Part shown: positions 28,033-36,200 of the stretch, piece after piece
How positions within the stretch are numbered: position 1 is the first letter of the stretch
How the letters are laid out: every line of letters starts with the position of its first letter
Assembly (NCBI GenBank): GCA_965204865.1
Contig: OZ242027.1
Location: 2,243,986 to 2,307,985, forward strand
Length of the DNA: 64,000 nucleotides
Origin: Dehalococcoidia bacterium
Lineage (GTDB): Bacteria; Chloroflexota; Dehalococcoidia; Lucifugimonadales; UBA3495
Direction: 5' to 3'
Position numbers and translations under genes: made by a program
Notes under the pieces: generated by a model
What the model was told of the DNA's origin: nothing
Database searches by the model: none
Seen by the model: the letters and a program-made list of their open reading frames with translations, nothing else

Positions 28033-28632
28033 ATGCCTGACGCGCTGAAGCTCGACCCAAAGACCACCGCCGTCATCCTCATAGACATGATCAACGCCGT
28101 GGCCAAGGGCAACGGGCCGCCGTATGACATACCCCCCAACCGGCAGGAAGTCATAGACAACTTCGTTCGCCTGGTAGCCCACTGCCGCCAGGTGGGCACT
28201 CCCCTCATTTACATCACCACCTACCGCCGTCCCGACAACACCGATGCGCCCAGGACCGCCGCCGATGTCGGCGGAGGGGGCGGTGTGCCGATGCTGGAAG
28301 GCACCCCGGCCGTCGAGGTCATAGACGAACTGGCCCCGCAGCCCGGCGACTACATCGTGGTCAAGCCCCGCTTCAGCGCCTACTACGGCACCAACGTAGA
28401 GGGCATCCTGAAGTCCCTGGGCACCGAGACCATCCTGGTGGGCGGCATCTCCACCCAGCGCAGCGTCGAAGGCACCGCCCGCGACGCCAAGAACCGCGAC
28501 ACCCAGTGCGTGGTGGTCAGCGACTGCTGCACGGCAGGCGAGTTAGATGTCCACGAAATGACCATCAAGCACGTCCTGCCCCTGTTGGTGAGGGTGCGCA
28601 CCACCGACGAGGTCATTGCCGCGCTGTCCTGA
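28033..28632 (+). CDS. isochorismatase-family cysteine hydrolase
   Basis: 199 aa; AVILIDMIN (Asp), VVKPRFSAY (Lys), VVVSDCC (Cys) triad context. Confidence 0.85.
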   Translation: MPDALKLDPKTTAVILIDMINAVAKGNGPPYDIPPNRQEVIDNFVRLVAHCRQVGTPLIYITTYRRPDNTDAPRTAADVGGGGGVPMLEGTPAVEVIDELAPQPGDYIVVKPRFSAYYGTNVEGILKSLGTETILVGGISTQRSVEGTARDAKNRDTQCVVVSDCCTAGELDVHEMTIKHVLPLLVRVRTTDEVIAALS

Positions 28633-28659
28633 TCTGAAATACGGCCTTCTTGCCCAGGA

Positions 28660-28696
28660 TACGCCCTCACCCTGACCCTCTACCCAAGGGATAAGG
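28660..28696 (+). repeat. REP-A copy (degenerate hairpin)
   Basis: tacGCCCTCACCCTGACCCTCTACCCaaGGGATAAGG. Confidence 0.7.
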
Positions 28697-28721
28697 AACC
28701 GAACGACGGGAGGTATGCGTT

Positions 28722-29708
28722 ATGTCCGAAGTGAAGACAGTCCTGGTAGGCACCATTGGACAGGGTATCATGCGCAGCGCCGACGGCGGCGAGTCCTGGC
28801 GGCGGGTGGGCATCGACGCCGGGATGCACTCCGACGCCCTGGTGCGAGCCTTGGGCAACCACCCCGACAGGCCGGGCGTGGTGTTCGCCGGAACCGACAA
28901 GGGGCTGTACCGCAGCGAAGACGGCGGCCAGCACTGGAAGCTGCTGGACACCGCCATGAGCGGCTCCTGCGTCTGGGCGATGGCCATAGACTCGGCAGAC
29001 CCCAAGCTCATGTTCGCCGGCACCGGCACGCCCGACCGGTGCGGGGTGTTCCGCTCCACCGACGGCGGCGATACCTGGGAGAGGCGCCCGGTGGAAGTGG
29101 CCCTGGAATGCCCCAACGTGGGAGTGCCGCGGGTGACCGGCATCGCCATAGACCCCAACAACCACAGTGATGTCTGGGTTGGCCTTGAAGTTGACGGCCT
29201 CCGTCATAGCTCCAACGCTGGCGAGACCTGGGAGACCATCAACGGCGCCATCCCCAACCTCGACGTCCACAACGTCGCCGTTGCTGCCGGCCCGCCTCAT
29301 ACCGTCGTGGTCGTGGTCAACAACGATGTCTACACCAGCAGCGACAACGGCGCAACCTGGGACCGCCTCGGCATCCGCGACGTGTTCCCGCTCACCTACC
29401 CCCGGGGCATCATGGTCAAGCCCGACGACCCCAATGTGATTTTCGTCACCATCGGCGACACCACCCCCGGCCAGACTGGCACCATAATGCGCTCCAGGGA
29501 CACCGGCAAGACCTGGGAAGACTTGCCGCTGCCGGTGGAGCCCAACACTGCCATGTGGACGGTCAACATCCAGAACGCCGATCCGTCGGTGGTGTTCGCC
29601 GGCAGCCGCTACGGCTACCTCTACCGCAGCGACGACGGCGGCGACTCCTGGACCAAGCTGCGGCGCGAGTTCAGCGAAATCTCCAGCGTGATGTGGCTGC
29701 CAGAGTAG
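28722..29708 (+). CDS. BNR/Asp-box beta-propeller protein (Ycf48/sialidase-like fold)
   Basis: 328 aa; repeated S-x-D-x-G-x-(S/T)-W boxes (SADGGESW, SEDGGQHW, STDGGDTW, SSDNGATW, SRDTGKTW, SDDGGDSW). Confidence 0.8.
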   Translation: MSEVKTVLVGTIGQGIMRSADGGESWRRVGIDAGMHSDALVRALGNHPDRPGVVFAGTDKGLYRSEDGGQHWKLLDTAMSGSCVWAMAIDSADPKLMFAGTGTPDRCGVFRSTDGGDTWERRPVEVALECPNVGVPRVTGIAIDPNNHSDVWVGLEVDGLRHSSNAGETWETINGAIPNLDVHNVAVAAGPPHTVVVVVNNDVYTSSDNGATWDRLGIRDVFPLTYPRGIMVKPDDPNVIFVTIGDTTPGQTGTIMRSRDTGKTWEDLPLPVEPNTAMWTVNIQNADPSVVFAGSRYGYLYRSDDGGDSWTKLRREFSEISSVMWLPE

Positions 29709-29756
29709 GGTCCCACGAACAGCCCGTCACAAGCGAGTCACGCTAATCATGCCAGC

Positions 29757-29790
29757 AGGGGTGTTGCGAGCAACGCCCCTGCGTACTTTT
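29757..29790 (+). terminator. rho-independent terminator candidate after BNR gene
   Basis: AGGGGTGTTGC-ga-GCAACGCCCCT followed by gcgtacTTTT. Confidence 0.5.
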
Positions 29791-30093
29791 CAGCGCTGCC
29801 ACACCATTTGCCCTCAATTCCAATTCAAAGGACGGGGGCCGTCAATGATTCCTGCAATCCCGCCCGGCCCCGGGCCGGCGCACCGACGGATACGGTTCTC
29901 GTGGAGAGTATTGGGGTTGGCACTATTGGTAGTTGTTGCAACACTCGCCGGGCTGGCGATCGCGCGAACCTGTGCGGGTTGGTAGGGAGGATTAGACTCT
30001 CGCCGCGAGACAATGGTGCCCGTTGCCGGTAAATACGCGGCAGATTCGTGCTATGTCGGCCCTGGTGGTTACGTTGCGAGGGCTAATGCTGGG

Positions 30094-30372
30094 TTATGTC
30101 GGCGCCACCTCGGATTCATGCGCGTCGATAGCGGCCTTCAATATATCGTAGTAGTCGTAGCCTGCCGTTGGTGGCGGCAGAGGCTTGCCGTCCTCCAAAT
30201 ATAGCTCAACTACTTCTTCTGCTATTTCACAAAGTTCGGCGAACACCGCTTTTTCATCGTCGCCATGACAACACGCGCCATCTCCGAACAATAGCCCCGG
30301 CACGTACCCGATGTAGTGTTGATCCTCATCTGACCATGCAACAATTTTGGCGTACCGTGCACTGCTTTTCAT
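30094..30372 (-). CDS. hicB: HicB-family antitoxin
   Basis: 92 aa; ..YAKIVAWSDEDQHYIGYVPGL..GDDEKAVFAELCEIAEEVVELYLEDGKPLPPP; ATG overlaps hicA stop (ATGA). Confidence 0.8.
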   Translation of the reverse strand: MKSSARYAKIVAWSDEDQHYIGYVPGLLFGDGACCHGDDEKAVFAELCEIAEEVVELYLEDGKPLPPPTAGYDYYDILKAAIDAHESEVAPT

Positions 30373-30565
30373 TTCTTTGACTCCTCTATTGCAGCCTGCA
30401 CGCGCTTAATTTGGCATCTGTCGGCATCCGCTCCCAGCCTGCCGGATATAGTAACCGGCCCAGTTACAATGGGATGAATATAGTATCGATGGCTACCGCG
30501 GCCGCCCGATTGCGGAATCCTGCCCGTTCAAGGTCAGCGATTAGCTCCCGTATCTTAGGCGGCAT
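30369..30565 (-). pseudogene. hicA: hicA toxin gene with a -1 frameshift (or homopolymer assembly error)
   Basis: ATG 30565: MPPKIRELIADLERAGFRNR then frame breaks at cgcaatcGGGcggc; next frame reads GGRGSHRYYIHPIVTGPVTISGRLGADADRCQIKRVQAAIEESKK*; length 197 nt (not multiple of 3). Confidence 0.65.
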
Positions 30566-30651
30566 AGAACCATTCCATGCGGAACCATACTCCCGAGGTG
30601 GCCATCTTATCACCCAGCTTAAGGGCAGGTCCCTTGACCTGCCCTGATACG

Positions 30652-30779
30652 CAGGGCAATCGAGTCTTAACTTTCGGCACTCTTGTCAGGCGGGCATGGT
30701 TGGCAAAAGCGCCGTCATTCCGGCTTTCGCCGGAATGACGTTTGATGGAGCCTCCAGCCGTTAAGAGGCGATTGCCCTG
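30652..30779. mobile_element. MITE-like 128-bp element carrying a REP-B palindrome
   Basis: 11-bp terminal inverted repeats CAGGGCAATCG (30652-62) / CGATTGCCCTG (30769-79), flanked by identical 10-bp CCCTGATACG (30642-51, 30780-89). Confidence 0.6.
30713..30740. repeat. REP-B palindrome copy (12-bp perfect arms)
   Basis: CGTCATTCCGGC tttc GCCGGAATGACG at centre of the MITE-like element. Confidence 0.85.
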
Positions 30780-30807
30780 CCCTGATACGTCTTCGAACCC
30801 CCGGTGC

Positions 30808-31197
30808 CTAAAGCGCTTCCAGCCCCTTCCGCACGCAGTCCTCGTCCTCCTGCGCCGTGCCGCCGCTGCCGCCGATGGCCCCCACCAGCTCGCCGCCCTG
30901 GTAAATGGGAATCGCGCCTTGGGCTGGGATGATCCGGCCGCCCTGGCTGCCGATGATGGCCTGCATTACCGGTGAGTCAGCGTTGATCTCCCTGCTGTCG
31001 CGCCCGAAGAATACCGACCCCACCGCCTTGCCGGGAGCCGCCGTCGCGCTCACCGCGATGGCTCCCTCCATCCGCTGGAAGGCCATCAGTTGGCCGCCCC
31101 CGTCCACCACCGCCACGCTCAGCTTGACCCCAATCCTTTCCGCCTCGGCTATCGAGGCTCCGATAATCCGGTTTGCGTCCGCCAACGATAGAGCCAT
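30808..31197 (-). CDS. GlcG/HbpS-like (DUF336) heme-binding protein
   Basis: 129 aa; ..VAVVDGGGQLMAFQRMEGA.., GAIPIYQGGELVGAIGGSGG motif. Confidence 0.85.
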   Translation of the reverse strand: MALSLADANRIIGASIAEAERIGVKLSVAVVDGGGQLMAFQRMEGAIAVSATAAPGKAVGSVFFGRDSREINADSPVMQAIIGSQGGRIIPAQGAIPIYQGGELVGAIGGSGGTAQEDEDCVRKGLEAL

Positions 31198-31325
31198 ATT
31201 TGCACTCCTTATGACATGACGTTCTGTGCTTGTCCCGTCCGTCCCGAACTTGTCGAAGGCCGGTGGAACTCCGCACCAATGTTAACCCCTGCTGTCCGCC
31301 GCCACAACCCGAGGATGCCTTGCGG

Positions 31326-31354
31326 TTGCCTAACATCAAGGCGTTGACTATAAT
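31326..31354 (+). promoter_or_regulatory. sigma70-like promoter candidate for LLM oxidoreductase gene
   Basis: TTGCCT-N17-TATAAT, 146 nt upstream of ATG 31500. Confidence 0.4.
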
Positions 31355-31499
31355 TGCGCCAACAAAAGGCGGGATGCGCCCCGGCCTGCGTTCAGGAATT
31401 CGTCGCAGTCTTCCCTGAACGCAGTCTCAAACGGCCACCGGAATCTTGGCCGGTACGCGCCCAAATCCGGCGCCACGGACGCCGGGAAAGGAGTGGAGA

Positions 31500-32750
31500 A
31501 TGGTCGATCAGCTTGCGCGACCTAAAGACAAGGCGGAAATTTACTGGTTCTCCGAGCAGCCCTACGGCCACGTCACCGACGCCGACCTGGAGCAGTACGA
31601 CTCCGGCCGCCTGGGTTTCCCCAACACCTACTTCGATCCCCATAAGGCCAGCGTCCTGTACAACCAGTACCATGAGCAGTACGCTCTGGCCGATGAGGTG
31701 GGCTTCGATGGCATTATGAGCAACGAGCATCACGCTTCGTACTGGTGCATGAAGCCGGCGGTCAACCTTGATGCTGCCGTCATCGCCAAGCTCACCAAGA
31801 ACGTCAAAATTGCCATCCTCGGCAACGTCATCGCCATTAACGACCCCATCCGCATGGCCGAGGAAATCGCCATGCTGGACTGCTACTCCGGCGGACGCAT
31901 CATCTCCGGCTTCGTGCGCGGCACCGCCGTCGAGACGCTACAGGGTGGCGTAAACCCCACCGAGAACCGCGCCCGCTTCGAGGAAGCCCACGACCTCATC
32001 ATCAAGTGCTGGACCGAGCCCGGCCCCTTCCGCTACGAGGGCCAGTACTACCACTACCGCGCCGTCAACCCGTGGGTGGTGCCCATGCAGAAGCCCCGCC
32101 CAGACATCTGGTTCCCCGGCACCGGCTCCCCCGAGAGCGTGGTCTGGGCCGCCAAGCACAAGCACCCCTACATGAACCTCGGCGCTCTGGTGGACACTAC
32201 CGAGTGGCTCAAGCAGGTCTACATTGACACCGCCGAAGAAGAGGGCTGGACGGCCGGCCCCGAACACTTCGGCTACCTGCTCCGCTGTCTGGTGGCCGAC
32301 ACCGACGAAAAGGCCATCGAGCTGGGCAAGGAGTTCATGTGGACCATCGAGCACCGCCAGCGCGGGCCGATGGAGCACAACGACCCGCCCGGCTACCAGT
32401 CCAGGGCATCGGTCGAGATCAAGGCCCAGCGGCCCACCGGCAACGTGGCCGGCGCCGGCGGCTTGGGGGTGGGCCTCTCCTATGACCAGCTTCGCGGCGT
32501 CAACAACATCATCGTCGGCAACCCCGACACCGTAACCCAGAAGCTGACCGAGGTCATCGAGCGCCTCAGCCCCGGTTATATCCACATCTACGGCAACGAA
32601 GGCGCTATGGATCACAAGGACACGATGCGCTCCATCGAGCTGCTGGGCAAAGAGGTAATCCCGGCGTTGCACGAAGTCCAGTTGCAGCCCTACGACAACC
32701 GGCCCCGCATGGACACCATCCGCTCCGGCACCGCTGGCCTCGCCCCGTAG
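31500..32750 (+). CDS. LLM-class (luciferase-like) flavin-dependent oxidoreductase
   Basis: AAGGAG SD 6 nt before ATG 31500; ..FDGIMSNEHH.., ..AEEIAMLD..SGGR.. typical LLM pattern. Confidence 0.8.
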   Translation: MVDQLARPKDKAEIYWFSEQPYGHVTDADLEQYDSGRLGFPNTYFDPHKASVLYNQYHEQYALADEVGFDGIMSNEHHASYWCMKPAVNLDAAVIAKLTKNVKIAILGNVIAINDPIRMAEEIAMLDCYSGGRIISGFVRGTAVETLQGGVNPTENRARFEEAHDLIIKCWTEPGPFRYEGQYYHYRAVNPWVVPMQKPRPDIWFPGTGSPESVVWAAKHKHPYMNLGALVDTTEWLKQVYIDTAEEEGWTAGPEHFGYLLRCLVADTDEKAIELGKEFMWTIEHRQRGPMEHNDPPGYQSRASVEIKAQRPTGNVAGAGGLGVGLSYDQLRGVNNIIVGNPDTVTQKLTEVIERLSPGYIHIYGNEGAMDHKDTMRSIELLGKEVIPALHEVQLQPYDNRPRMDTIRSGTAGLAP

Positions 32751-32780
32751 GGTCGGTTCATTTGCTCAGGTTGACGAACA

Positions 32781-32810
32781 GCCCCTCTCAACATGAGAGG
32801 GGCTCCTTTT
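32781..32810 (+). terminator. rho-independent terminator after LLM gene
   Basis: GCCCCTCTC aacat GAGAGGGGC followed by TCCTTTT. Confidence 0.6.
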
Positions 32811-32860
32811 ATGAAGGTCATCCAAACCCGGGGATACGCAATGAATCGACGAGGACAGTC

Positions 32861-33379
32861 ATGCGTCTCCTTTTCGGCCTGCTCGCCGCCTTGGTAATAC
32901 TTGCCGTTTCTTGCGGCAGCGATGCCGACGATTCCCTGTCCGACCCTGTTTCGCTGGCAAGGATACGCATGGGCGAAAAAGTGGACGGGCAATGTATATT
33001 CAGAGACGACCTCTCCCAATATCCTGGGACCTACTCGGGAGTTTCGGAGGATTGCCTGCAAGCGGTAAGCATCGGGCCGATTAGCTTGGCTGAACTGGAA
33101 CAAATGAAGCGCGACAAGCCATCGTTTTGGGAGAATTCCTTCCCGTATCAACAAGCGCTGGTGGGAGAATGGATCGACGACAAATGTGATTTCTCCAGTC
33201 CTGCAGTGCAGGCGTATCTGGAGTTTTCTGAAACCGTGTCAACCGACCGGACGAACTGTGTCATGATTGTTGACGTGGGGCCGGTCACTGAAAAGCAAAT
33301 CGCGAAAGTCCAACGTTTCGGTACAATGTCCTCAGAAACCCCAGTGTCTGCTCTGTTTGTGCCTGCACCCGGCCAATGA
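32861..33379 (+). CDS. putative lipoprotein, unknown function
   Basis: MRLLFGLLAALVILAVSCGS lipobox; GAGGA SD; stop overlaps next ATG (ATGA); lower G+C by eye. Confidence 0.6.
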   Translation: MRLLFGLLAALVILAVSCGSDADDSLSDPVSLARIRMGEKVDGQCIFRDDLSQYPGTYSGVSEDCLQAVSIGPISLAELEQMKRDKPSFWENSFPYQQALVGEWIDDKCDFSSPAVQAYLEFSETVSTDRTNCVMIVDVGPVTEKQIAKVQRFGTMSSETPVSALFVPAPGQ

Positions 33380-34290
33380 TGAGCAATATCAGCGTAGTCA
33401 CCGGCGCCTTCGGCTATACCGGCCGCTACATAGCCCAACGCCTGCTGGACGACGGCGAGGTAGTGCGGACACTGACCCGGAATCCGGCGTCCGCCAGCCC
33501 CTTCGGCCACCAAGTGGAAAGGTACCCGCTCGACTTCGACAACGCCCGGCAGCTCACCGAAAGCCTCCGCGGAACCCACACCCTCTACAACACCTACTGG
33601 ATACGCTTCGCCCGCGGCCCCGACAACCACGACACCGCCGTCCGAAACTCCAGCAATCTGGTGGACGCCGCCGTAGCTGCCGGAGTGCATCGCATGGTCC
33701 ACATCAGCATAACCAACGCATCGGCAGACTCGCCGCTGCCCTACTTTCGAGGCAAGGGCCTGGTTGAGAAATACATCCGCAACTCCGGCCTGCCTTATTC
33801 CATAATCCGCCCCACGGTCATCTTCGGACGAGAAGACATCCTGATCAACAACATCGCCTGGTTCCTGCGCCGTTTCCCGGTCTTCCCCATCGCCGGAAGA
33901 GGCGACTATTGGCTGCAACCCGTGTACGTGGACGACGTGGCACGCCTCGCTGTGGAATCTGCGTCAGCGGATGTCAACGTAACCCTGGACGCAGTAGGCC
34001 CGGAAACCTTTACCTTTAAGGAACTGTTACAGGATATCCGCCAAACCACCGGAGGCCGCGCCCGCCTGCTCAGCCTGCCTCCCACCCTGACCTATACCAC
34101 CGCCACCCTGATGGGCTTGGTCCTCCGCGACGTGGTGCTGACCCGCGACGAAATGGACGGCCTCATGGCGGGCCATCTGGTATCGGCAGGGGAACCCACG
34201 GGAAAGATGCGGCTCACCGACTGGATGCGTGACCACCACGACACTCTGGGCCGCCGCTACGCCTCGGAGCTGGCGCGACATTATCGCTGA
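33376..34290 (+). CDS. NAD(P)H-binding NmrA/SDR-like protein
   Basis: VVTGAFGYTGRYIAQRLL Rossmann motif; 304 aa. Confidence 0.8.
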   Translation: MMSNISVVTGAFGYTGRYIAQRLLDDGEVVRTLTRNPASASPFGHQVERYPLDFDNARQLTESLRGTHTLYNTYWIRFARGPDNHDTAVRNSSNLVDAAVAAGVHRMVHISITNASADSPLPYFRGKGLVEKYIRNSGLPYSIIRPTVIFGREDILINNIAWFLRRFPVFPIAGRGDYWLQPVYVDDVARLAVESASADVNVTLDAVGPETFTFKELLQDIRQTTGGRARLLSLPPTLTYTTATLMGLVLRDVVLTRDEMDGLMAGHLVSAGEPTGKMRLTDWMRDHHDTLGRRYASELARHYR

Positions 34291-34351
34291 CGTTTTGTAA
34301 ATGACAATCAATTTTACTGCACCACAATCAACAAAACTGAGGGCAAAGCGA

Positions 34352-34383
34352 AACGCCCCTCTCAATCAAGGGGCGTTATCTTT
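34352..34383. terminator. hairpin between convergent genes
   Basis: AACGCCCCT ctcaatca AGGGGCGTT then atcTTTc. Confidence 0.4.
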
Positions 34384-34418
34384 CAACCCAATCGCCAGCC
34401 TGTGGCGTGTGGGTATCC

Positions 34419-34997
34419 CTACTGGTCCATCACCTTCACGGTGCCTTCCTCCGGGTTGTACTGGTAGCGCACCACGCGGTCCAGCTTTTGCGACTCCAGC
34501 CGCACCACCAGCGCCCGGTCGCCGGTCACGTTCAGCGTGTTGTGAATTTCGCCGGGCAGGAAGAAGGCCACCTTGCCGTCCTTCTGCACGAAGTCCCCGG
34601 TCTCCCCGATCTGCACCGAGTCCACGCCCTCGCCAGGGTAGAACCAGCGGAACTTCGTCTGCTTGATGGCGCCCTGGTACACTCCGTACACCACCCACGC
34701 CGCGCCGTGGTCGTGGGGCAGGTTATCCTGCTCCGGCTTCTGCACCGAGGCCATCAGCCAGAAACCGCCGCCCGGATGCCCGTAGTCTTCATCCAGGTGC
34801 AGGTCATAGCGTCCATACCCGCCCTCGTCAGGCAACTCCAGCCGCTCCTCCAGCCAGCCGGGGGTCGTTAGCAGCACTTCCATCTTCTCGGCCACGCCCT
34901 TGGCCTGGGCCAACGGGTCCTGCGTCGCATCGAAAATCTCGCGCACGTCGTCAATGAACTCATCCACCGTGTACGCTGTGGTCGTCGTCATTTCCAT
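34419..34997 (-). CDS. cupin-fold protein (cysteine dioxygenase type I-like)
   Basis: MEMTTTT.. start (GGAGG upstream; ATG 34991 alternative); ..LPHDHGAAWVVYGV.., ..FLPGEIHN.. metal-site-like His pattern; rest of the 478-aa track ORF rejected. Confidence 0.7.
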   Translation of the reverse strand: MEMTTTTAYTVDEFIDDVREIFDATQDPLAQAKGVAEKMEVLLTTPGWLEERLELPDEGGYGRYDLHLDEDYGHPGGGFWLMASVQKPEQDNLPHDHGAAWVVYGVYQGAIKQTKFRWFYPGEGVDSVQIGETGDFVQKDGKVAFFLPGEIHNTLNVTGDRALVVRLESQKLDRVVRYQYNPEEGTVKVMDQ

Positions 34998-35144
34998 CCT
35001 CCGGGAATGCTGTTTCCTGCTTTCATTCTGATAGCGGCGCGGCGGAGTGTCAACCTGCGCGCTCCGCTGGAATTTTTCCTGTCCTGCGGCTATCATAGCG
35101 CCAGACCCGATAGGAACCCGAAACGCCATTTGGGAGGAACGAAA

Positions 35145-36128
35145 ATGGGCGACTATTCCATCTTCGTGGGCACCGTTGGCCAGGGGCTCAACATCAGCTC
35201 CGACAGCGGCGACACCTGGACCAAGATTCGCAACCCCATCCCCACCGAGGGTAACGTCCGCGCTCTCAGCACCTATCCCGGCAATCCCCACCGCATCCTG
35301 GCCGGCTCCGACGGCCTCGGCCTCTTCCGCAGCGACGACAACGGCCTGAGCTGGGAGGGAATCGACTCGCCCACCGGCGACCTCCAGATCTGGTCTGTCG
35401 CCGTTGACCCGGCCAACCCCGACACCATCTTCGCTGGCACCCGGCCCGAGGGCTTCCGCTCCCGCGACGGCGGCAGGTCCTGGGACAAGCTGGACATGGG
35501 CGTCAACATGGACTGCCCCATCGGCACTCCCCGCACCACCAACATCATCGTCGACCCCCGCGACAGCCGCACCGTCTGGGCCGGCATCGAGGTTGACGGT
35601 ATGTACAAGAGCCTTGACGGCGGCGACACCTGGCTCCACCTGCCCGACCTGGGCCCCGACCCCTTCCACGGCGACATCCACGGCATGGCCCTGCGCACCG
35701 GTGACAACCCGGCCTTCTACTGCACCAGCCCCTTCGGCATCGCCACCAGCAACGACGAAGGCGAGAGCTGGGACTACCACTACTTCCCCAAGTTCAGTGA
35801 GGCCGACGCCCGCTCCTACTGCCGCGGCATGATCATCAAGGCCGACGACCCCCAAACCATGTTCGTAGGCAACGGCGACTTCATCCCCGGCGTAACCGGC
35901 GCCGTACAGGTAACCCGCGACGGCGGCCAGACCTGGGACAAAGCCAACCTCCCGGTCGAGCCCAACTCCGTAGTCTACTGGCTAGCCAACAACCCCGAAA
36001 TGCCCAACGTAGTAGCCGCCGCCAGCCTCTTCGGCTACGTCTACGTCAGCGAAGACGGCGGCGAGACCTGGAGCAAGCTCAAGAAGGAGTTCGGCGAGAT
36101 ACGGGCACTGGCGGTGACGCCGAACTAA
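35145..36128 (+). CDS. BNR/Asp-box beta-propeller protein, paralogue of 28722..29708
   Basis: GGGAGG SD; SSDSGDTW, SDDNGLSW, SRDGGRSW, SLDGGDTW, TRDGGQTW, SEDGGETW boxes; shared C-terminus ..SKLKKEFGEI.. Confidence 0.8.
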   Translation: MGDYSIFVGTVGQGLNISSDSGDTWTKIRNPIPTEGNVRALSTYPGNPHRILAGSDGLGLFRSDDNGLSWEGIDSPTGDLQIWSVAVDPANPDTIFAGTRPEGFRSRDGGRSWDKLDMGVNMDCPIGTPRTTNIIVDPRDSRTVWAGIEVDGMYKSLDGGDTWLHLPDLGPDPFHGDIHGMALRTGDNPAFYCTSPFGIATSNDEGESWDYHYFPKFSEADARSYCRGMIIKADDPQTMFVGNGDFIPGVTGAVQVTRDGGQTWDKANLPVEPNSVVYWLANNPEMPNVVAAASLFGYVYVSEDGGETWSKLKKEFGEIRALAVTPN

Positions 36129-36155
36129 CCCAAAGCTGCAACGGCGAAACTAAGG

Positions 36156-36181
36156 GGGCGGGTTTGAAACCCGCCCTTTTC
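36156..36181 (+). terminator. rho-independent terminator after BNR gene
   Basis: GGGCGGGTTTgAAACCCGCCC followed by TTTTC. Confidence 0.6.
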
Positions 36182-36200
36182 ATTAATCTGTGCAACGACT

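Noticed and set aside
29845-29985. 46-aa ORF with one hydrophobic helix (MIPAIPPGPGPAHRRIRFSWRVLGLALLVVVATLAGLAIARTCAGW)
   Set aside because: It has only a weak purine-rich upstream sequence, no family resemblance, and sits just after a terminator-like hairpin. There is not enough support to list it as a gene.
34998-35855. N-terminal 286 aa of the 478-aa minus-strand track ORF (upstream of the cupin start)
   Set aside because: It overlaps the well-supported plus-strand BNR propeller gene and is Gly/Ala/Val-rich. The cupin has its own GGAGG plus ATG at 34997.
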